Positions 58,399-64,000 of a stretch of DNA of 64,000 nucleotides are shown in pieces. The stretch comes from a virus: positions 64,001-128,000 of IMG/VR virus record IMGVR_UViG_3300025405_000009, one strand, 5' to 3'. Both the position numbers and the translations under genes were made by a program. The notes beneath the pieces were generated by a model. That model did no database searches, was not told the DNA's origin, and saw only the letters and a list, made by a program, of their open reading frames with translations. Each line of letters opens with the position of its first letter. The first letter of the stretch is position 1.

Positions 58399-58626
58399 TT
58401 AGAAAAGAATACCGCAAAGAAACCCTAAGATAAAGATAGCAATAACAAGGGATGTTTTTGGGTGTAAAGCTACCCAATCAAAGAATGAATTAAATGCTTT
58501 GGATACTATTGAAGTAGCTGTATTAAGTTTAGGTGTAGCAACAGTAATAGCTTCATGAACTTTTGGTTCAAACGCTGAAACCGTATTATTTATAGTGGAT
58601 TCTATATTTTGTATAAGATCGTCCAT
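58399..58626 (-). CDS. Tail-anchored membrane protein
   Basis: C-terminal TM SLVIAIFILGFLCGILF; ATAAATA 5 nt upstream. Confidence 0.65.
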   Translation of the reverse strand: MDDLIQNIESTINNTVSAFEPKVHEAITVATPKLNTATSIVSKAFNSFFDWVALHPKTSLVIAIFILGFLCGILF

Positions 58627-58658
58627 AATAATATTTATGGTACAAGTCTATTTTTTGA

Positions 58659-59246
58659 TTAAAATAGAAGGAACCTACTGGCTCTCAACCAGATATAGCC
58701 TAAAATAGCAGTAACTAATACAATAATAGCTATACTCTTACGTAAATTTGATGCTTCTAGCTTATAAACACGTGTTTGAAGAGTTTCAGCGTTTTTAATA
58801 ATAATATCTTTCATTTCTTTTTGATGTTTAAGTTCATTTATTGTATTTTGATTATCCTTTACAAGATTAGCGTTATCTTTCTTAAGCTGTTCATTAATGG
58901 CTCTATTTTTTAATAAAGCTTGATAATCAGACGAACCAACAACTACAACTCTTTCATCTTTATATTGATCTGGTACTAAGACCACAGCTGTTTTACCTTT
59001 TTTAGGTGAATTTTTAACAACTTTATCAGCTTCATATACTGATTGAATAGGAATTCTATGTTTCGGTGTTTTTACAAGTTTTGTTGTTTCATTTGAATAG
59101 TAATAAGCAAGATCAACACGCTTCTTAATTAAAGAATCAGACGTTGCATATACATTTTGACTGAGAGCTTCGGATTGTTTCTCAGTATAATATGTACAAG
59201 AAACAAGAAAAGCAGCTATGGCTGCTAAAATAAGAATACGCTTCAT
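58659..59246 (-). CDS. Lipoprotein with C-terminal TM, candidate unimolecular spanin
   Basis: Signal MKRILILAAIAAFLVS-C; coiled coil; C-terminal SIAIIVLVTAILGYIWL. Confidence 0.6.
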   Translation of the reverse strand: MKRILILAAIAAFLVSCTYYTEKQSEALSQNVYATSDSLIKKRVDLAYYYSNETTKLVKTPKHRIPIQSVYEADKVVKNSPKKGKTAVVLVPDQYKDERVVVVGSSDYQALLKNRAINEQLKKDNANLVKDNQNTINELKHQKEMKDIIIKNAETLQTRVYKLEASNLRKSIAIIVLVTAILGYIWLRASRFLLF

Positions 59247-59283
59247 GTATATAATTACATAATGGCGATTAAGAAATCAACTT

Positions 59284-59451
59284 TTATTGATCAGGAAATA
59301 ATGTACGAACAATTATTTCTGTTGTATTAACGGATGGGCGTGTATGAATAACCGCTTTTCTAACTGTAGATGTTTGGTGCGCTACAAGTTTTTGTGAAAC
59401 ACTCTCATTATCACTTGAACCGCCATGAGTAGCATTCTCATTATTTGCCAT
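59284..59451 (-). CDS. Small hypothetical protein (55 aa, absent from ORF track)
   Basis: MANNENATHGGSSDNESVSQKLVAHQTSTVRKAVIHTRPSVNTTEIIVRTLFPDQ; starts 3 nt after the upstream stop. Confidence 0.5.
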   Translation of the reverse strand: MANNENATHGGSSDNESVSQKLVAHQTSTVRKAVIHTRPSVNTTEIIVRTLFPDQ

Positions 59452-59454
59452 ATA

Positions 59455-59889
59455 TTAATAATTATAAGCTGAAAGCTGAAAGTATTTCCAAATTGATGAC
59501 ACAGCGTTTGAACTAGTGTATCCTGTTGATACTGCAGTTATCAAAGTACCGGTTGGACCATTAACATAGTATAGAGAGTTAACAGGGTATCCACCTGCAT
59601 TAAGAGTAAACTGAACGTAATCGTATTGAGGAATACCTAATCCGGATGAATCACCTTGATTGACATTATAAGTTAAAACTGCAACTTTTGGATAAATTGT
59701 AGTAGCTGTTAATGCATTTGATAATGAATTATTTGGAAACGCCTGTGTTGTATCAGGATAATGAGTTACTGCCGTAACAGATACAGATGGAAATCTACTA
59801 TCACCAAACAAGGGAATAAATTTACCGTTTTCTAATTGTTCAAAGTTATATACTACTGAGGAATTATCACTATTGTCAGGACTTGGCAT
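59455..59889 (-). CDS. Hypothetical virion-associated protein
   Basis: 144 aa S/T/N-rich, in tail operon. Confidence 0.6.
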   Translation of the reverse strand: MPSPDNSDNSSVVYNFEQLENGKFIPLFGDSRFPSVSVTAVTHYPDTTQAFPNNSLSNALTATTIYPKVAVLTYNVNQGDSSGLGIPQYDYVQFTLNAGGYPVNSLYYVNGPTGTLITAVSTGYTSSNAVSSIWKYFQLSAYNY

Positions 59890-59899
59890 ATATTATTAT

Positions 59900-60190
59900 T
59901 TATTGTAGAAAGATCTTTTTATATAAAATTGATGCAAAGAAATATGTTATAACTCCACATAGTATATTAGAAATTGAAGGCGTAAAAATTAGTAAAGCTA
60001 TAGGATTATATAAAAACGAAGTTAATAAGCCAAACCAAAATGCACTGCATTCTGGACATAAAAGAGGTATACTAATAATAGGTATTTTTGAAACTAAATT
60101 GCGAACTGGTTTAAAAATTGTTGAAAAACTCCACATATATGAGACACCAAGACTCATACAAAGAAAAGATAATATTTTATCAGTAATCAT
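59900..60190 (-). CDS. Membrane protein with CxxC (DUF1360-like)
   Basis: Three hydrophobic segments; LLCPECSAFWFG. Confidence 0.6.
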   Translation of the reverse strand: MITDKILSFLCMSLGVSYMWSFSTIFKPVRNLVSKIPIISIPLLCPECSAFWFGLLTSFLYNPIALLIFTPSISNILCGVITYFFASILYKKIFLQ

Positions 60191-61779
60191 TACCCAATAA
60201 ATACAGCACGAATATAAGAAACATTCTTAACGCCCCATGAATTTTGTTGAATAATATTTCCATTATTATCGTATAAATTTTGCATGTCAGCAAATAGAGT
60301 TGCGGCTGTAGTGTTATTATTATGAATACCAGGGTTTGTTTGTGGGTACGCTGCAGACGAACCAGGAGCTCCATTATAAAAATATGTGCCGTTTTGTGAA
60401 ACAGGATCTTGTCCCCATGCATATATACCCTTATAATTAGGAAGATAATTAGGAGGTGAACCTGCTGTTGCTGAACTTGTAAATCCGAACTCATTTCTCG
60501 GTCCATCTTGACCATATTTTGCTGCTCCGGTTTGCCAGCCATTTAATTCAAACCAACCATTACCAGGTGTTGCAAATAAAAATGTTTGTAACCCAAAAAC
60601 TGTAGTAGTATTTGCAGGCATGTAGTAATAAGAACGTAGATACACTTCTTGACCTTGAGAATACGATGGTATTCCCTCCCACGCTGCTACATCAAGAACA
60701 CTTAACGGGCGAGTTGCAGTTGTATACGCTCTGTATGGTGGAGATAATAATGGAAAAGATCCTGTAACATTAGTCCAGCTAAGTTGATCAAAGGCACTAG
60801 GTGTTGTTGTAGTAAATGTACCTAATCTTGCCCAATTAGTAGTTGCGTTGGCACCCATTCTAACAAAAAGTCTGCCCTCTACATATACCATACGCGGACG
60901 ACTACCAGTTGTGACAGACACTCTTAAAGGATTACTTCCTGAATCTGCCATTACGTTTTGCCACATATTAGAAAAACCTGCTGTACCTTTAGAACAATCT
61001 ACACCATAAACAAAACTCGTTTCTTTATAAAATGTTGTTCCAATATCATTTATATCATACTGAGCATTATATACACTTGACGAAAGTGTTGTAATTTGTG
61101 ATTGTAACGGTGATCCATCAATTATAAAATTATATGGATCTGATCCAATGGTAATGCCATTGGATCCACTAAGATTCATCCCTCGTACGACACTAGCCGG
61201 TACATTACTACCAAGACCAACTATTTGATTATTAAGAAGAGGTACGCTTGTAGCTTTACCTGTTTTAACAGTATCTGTATTAGCAAGAATACTACTTGGA
61301 TTAACAGCTGTTACAATCTGTGTTGTTGTATTCCAGTAGCCACTTGTAGTTGAAATTAAATTTATAGCAGAAGCTATAGAGGCAACACCACTGGATAATA
61401 AAAGTGTATTTACACTCCATATACCATTATTATTTTTTAATGTATTATTATCAGCTTGAAAGTAATTAGCAGCAGGGGACCATGTATTTGCACTTGTGTA
61501 AGTATACAATGTTTGTACTTTTGAAGCATCAAAATCAAGAACTATATCACCAACTTGAGGTGATGTAACACTATTGCGACCACTAGGTACATAATTAAAA
61601 TTTCTCACTCCAACAGGGTTACCTCCCAACGTAATACCGTCACCTACAAACAATCTAGTTGTATCAGTAGTATAGCCTAACTCACCTTGCGAAAAAATAA
61701 CATTAGTTTTTCTTTGACTATCAGTTCCATTACGAACTATAATCTTAACTACTGTGTCTGTTGTTATTGTAATTGCCAT
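60190..61779 (-). CDS. Tail fibre/receptor-binding protein with Mtd-like N-terminal domain
   Basis: VRNGT.SQR...FSQGELGYTTDT.RLFVGDG..LGG; S/T/G-rich body. Confidence 0.7.
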   Translation of the reverse strand: MAITITTDTVVKIIVRNGTDSQRKTNVIFSQGELGYTTDTTRLFVGDGITLGGNPVGVRNFNYVPSGRNSVTSPQVGDIVLDFDASKVQTLYTYTSANTWSPAANYFQADNNTLKNNNGIWSVNTLLLSSGVASIASAINLISTTSGYWNTTTQIVTAVNPSSILANTDTVKTGKATSVPLLNNQIVGLGSNVPASVVRGMNLSGSNGITIGSDPYNFIIDGSPLQSQITTLSSSVYNAQYDINDIGTTFYKETSFVYGVDCSKGTAGFSNMWQNVMADSGSNPLRVSVTTGSRPRMVYVEGRLFVRMGANATTNWARLGTFTTTTPSAFDQLSWTNVTGSFPLLSPPYRAYTTATRPLSVLDVAAWEGIPSYSQGQEVYLRSYYYMPANTTTVFGLQTFLFATPGNGWFELNGWQTGAAKYGQDGPRNEFGFTSSATAGSPPNYLPNYKGIYAWGQDPVSQNGTYFYNGAPGSSAAYPQTNPGIHNNNTTAATLFADMQNLYDNNGNIIQQNSWGVKNVSYIRAVFIG

Positions 61780-61782
61780 ATA

Positions 61783-62211
61783 TTATATTACACTTAATGT
61801 ATTTGGTAGAACTGATGTATTAATCCATAATGACCCTGTAGACAATCCACCAGATACTGTAGGTAAAATTGTACGAGCATTGTATTGTGTTAGTATCGGT
61901 AATATTGCGTAATTAGCAAAATTCGTACCTGGTGTACTGCTCAAATAATAAAAACAAGTAGTATTAGTATCATAAACTATATCATTTAACTGTACATACT
62001 GACATGTTTGATTAATAAAACTTTGAGATATACTATTAATAGTATAGAATTTGATAGCTGGACATATACCACCTACTGTTGAACCATCACCAACAAAGAG
62101 ACGTCCAGAGTCGATAGTAAATCCTAACTCACCCTGATCGAGGATAATTTGCTGACGTTGAGCATCAGTTCCACGTCTGACTTTAACCTTTACTATTGAT
62201 ACATTAGCCAT
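61783..62211 (-). CDS. Short protein with Mtd-like N-terminal domain
   Basis: VRRGT.AQR...LDQGELGFT.DSGRLFVGDG...GG; ATAAATA 6 nt upstream. Confidence 0.7.
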   Translation of the reverse strand: MANVSIVKVKVRRGTDAQRQQIILDQGELGFTIDSGRLFVGDGSTVGGICPAIKFYTINSISQSFINQTCQYVQLNDIVYDTNTTCFYYLSSTPGTNFANYAILPILTQYNARTILPTVSGGLSTGSLWINTSVLPNTLSVI

Positions 62212-62240
62212 TGTAATTATTTATGAAGATATACTAATTA

Positions 62241-63866
62241 TCAATTAATATATATTGGGATATTTAAATCAGGTGCTACCCTAACATCTAATTGCAGTGT
62301 ATTAAAAATTGAAACTTGTGCATCAAAAATAATTTTTAAACAACGATTAAGAATAGTATTTTGAAAAATTTCATTGCAACCAATAAAGTTTATTACATTT
62401 TGATCAAATGTTGCGTCAATCATCTCTTGCGAAGTTAGATAGCGTGTACCTTGAAAAATAAGAGTACCTCTAGTATCAGGCTCGTATAAAAATTTACTAT
62501 AAATGAGATCACGAAGACGAGTATGATTAATTATTAATTTTGCGAGTGATTTATTAAACACCCAATTCTGTACATATTCATCTGTATTAATTTGCAACGA
62601 ACTTAACGGATAAACATCAAAATTGTCTGTTACAAGAACAGTATCAAGATTTATATTATCGTAGTACACGCCAAATTTACCAGCATTATTATACGTACTA
62701 AAAATAACATTATTATCATTATTCTGAGTATTAACAATAGAAGTAAACGCTTTTATATTTTCTGATACAACGTTAAATCTGTAAAATAAATAACTACCTA
62801 TTGTATCTTGTATTGAACTGTAGAATTTTTTATAAACATTTTTATTTGTCACAAGATAAAAAATATCTGCATTTGTAGTAGACGTAGTTATACTCTGATA
62901 ATACTCGCCATCAGGCAATAACGGTAATAATGTTGCAGTAGATGATGTAAAAATGCTGTTATATCCAATAAGTTTGTTATTATTGGTTAATACGTAGACA
63001 TTGCCACTATTATTAACAGATATATCAATTGGATAATTATTATTAAAATCTCTAAACAATCTATGGGTTGTTATCCAATTAAAATCAGTGTCATACTGCT
63101 TAATGCAACCATTACCCGAATCGAGTACATATAAATTTGAATTATATATTGCAAGACTTTCCGGCTTATTATACAATAAAGCATTATCATATGTACCACT
63201 ACCACCTATACTTCTTACATAGACCAATTTATTAGCTAATACATTATTATTTGTTAAAAACCCTGTTGCGTTAAATTGATGTATTAAATTAGCACTTAAG
63301 TCAACAACATACAAGTAATTTGTATTTGGATCGAGTACAATTTTATTAATACCTGTAAAATAAACATTTGAAAATAAAGCAGTAGTATTTGTACTAAGGG
63401 CAACTGATACATTTTGTAAATTTACATCACCCGTTAATGCAACAAGGTCAGTACCGGAAGAAGTAAAAAATGTATAATAGTTTGGACTAACAGATGTATT
63501 TAAACCACCAGTTATAACTGAAGTATTATCGAGATTTGAGTAACCAGTTGTTGATAACGGAGAAAATTGACTTGATGAAATAAATTGAGAAGTTGTATAC
63601 CAACTTAATTGCGTATTTGGTAGAATATTACCTACAAATCCAATGGATGAAATAGGAATAACATTTGATGCTACATTACTATAGCGATATAACTGAATAT
63701 AATTACTATATAGCTTGTTAAACGCGTTATTAATAACAGCAGTAGTTACAACATCATTTTCTGCAATAGATATTGCTTCAAATCCTGAATAAGGTAAAGT
63801 TAATGATGTATGAAGCGTACGGTCATATACTGTTCCAACTTGACTGGCTATGTCTGCTATATTCAT
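62241..63866 (-). CDS. Virion structural protein with NHL/beta-propeller-like repeats
   Basis: YLYVVDLSANLIHQF, LYVLDSGNGCIKQY, GNVYVLT. Confidence 0.65.
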   Translation of the reverse strand: MNIADIASQVGTVYDRTLHTSLTLPYSGFEAISIAENDVVTTAVINNAFNKLYSNYIQLYRYSNVASNVIPISSIGFVGNILPNTQLSWYTTSQFISSSQFSPLSTTGYSNLDNTSVITGGLNTSVSPNYYTFFTSSGTDLVALTGDVNLQNVSVALSTNTTALFSNVYFTGINKIVLDPNTNYLYVVDLSANLIHQFNATGFLTNNNVLANKLVYVRSIGGSGTYDNALLYNKPESLAIYNSNLYVLDSGNGCIKQYDTDFNWITTHRLFRDFNNNYPIDISVNNSGNVYVLTNNNKLIGYNSIFTSSTATLLPLLPDGEYYQSITTSTTNADIFYLVTNKNVYKKFYSSIQDTIGSYLFYRFNVVSENIKAFTSIVNTQNNDNNVIFSTYNNAGKFGVYYDNINLDTVLVTDNFDVYPLSSLQINTDEYVQNWVFNKSLAKLIINHTRLRDLIYSKFLYEPDTRGTLIFQGTRYLTSQEMIDATFDQNVINFIGCNEIFQNTILNRCLKIIFDAQVSIFNTLQLDVRVAPDLNIPIYIN

Positions 63867-63867
63867 G

Positions 63868-64000
63868 TTAATTTATCCAATTAATTTTATTAATTTGTGA
63901 ATATACAGGAGCTGTATTATTAAGCTCTGTTAAAATTCTTGTTTGAAGTGCTTGCTGTAGAGAAGGATCAGTTATACCAGTATTTATGATATTTAAATTA
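63868..64000 (-). CDS. C-terminal end of an upstream structural protein (partial)
   Basis: ...ITDPSLQQALQTRILTELNNTAPVYSQINKINWIN* open to window end. Confidence 0.6.
   Translation of the reverse strand, partial: NLNIINTGITDPSLQQALQTRILTELNNTAPVYSQINKINWIN

Noticed and set aside
4264-60542. Many short ORFs in the track overlapping confident genes (e.g. 4264, 10500, 11586, 12925, 34272, 36970, 59883, 60180)
   Set aside because: Antisense or out-of-frame shadows of well-supported genes, without promoters or recognisable motifs.
1-64000. tRNA, rRNA, CRISPR array, IS/transposase, integrase
   Set aside because: Intergenic gaps are mostly under 60 nt; no cloverleafs, repeat-spacer arrays or such motifs were seen.
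1-64000. Stop-codon reassignment as in some large phages
   Set aside because: Core genes are full length in the standard code and TAA, TAG (gp43) and TGA (gp55) all terminate genes.

Overview
AT-rich (roughly 30-33% GC by eye) segment of a large T4-like (myovirus-type) bacteriophage genome, standard genetic code, very densely coding. It contains: (1) a T4-type replication/recombination/late-transcription core (primase gp61, clamp gp45, SSB gp32, probable gp59, helicase gp41, UvsX, polymerase gp43, gp46/47, sigma gp55, UvsW, UvsY, displaced gp62). (2) A dispersed 7-deazaguanine pathway (folE, queD, queE, queC plus a stand-alone class II glutamine amidotransferase), with two glycosyltransferases embedded in the replication operons; no dpdA is visible in this window. 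(3) An ~11 kb nucleotide-sugar/glycosyltransferase island with an RfbH-like 3-dehydratase and a ThDP E1alpha/beta pair, suggesting a branched-chain deoxysugar. (4) Many late-promoter genes whose products carry T4-like capsid-targeting/prohead-protease leaders, including an 858-aa nucleotidyltransferase-ligase fusion, small Cys/Lys-rich peptides and an aspartic protease. (5) A lysis cassette with a candidate unimolecular spanin, and tail/baseplate genes. Two promoter classes (TTGA-N16/17-TATAAT and TAAATA) sit 5-11 nt from start codons, implying largely leaderless mRNAs. All functional calls come from motif recognition by eye; no database searches were run.
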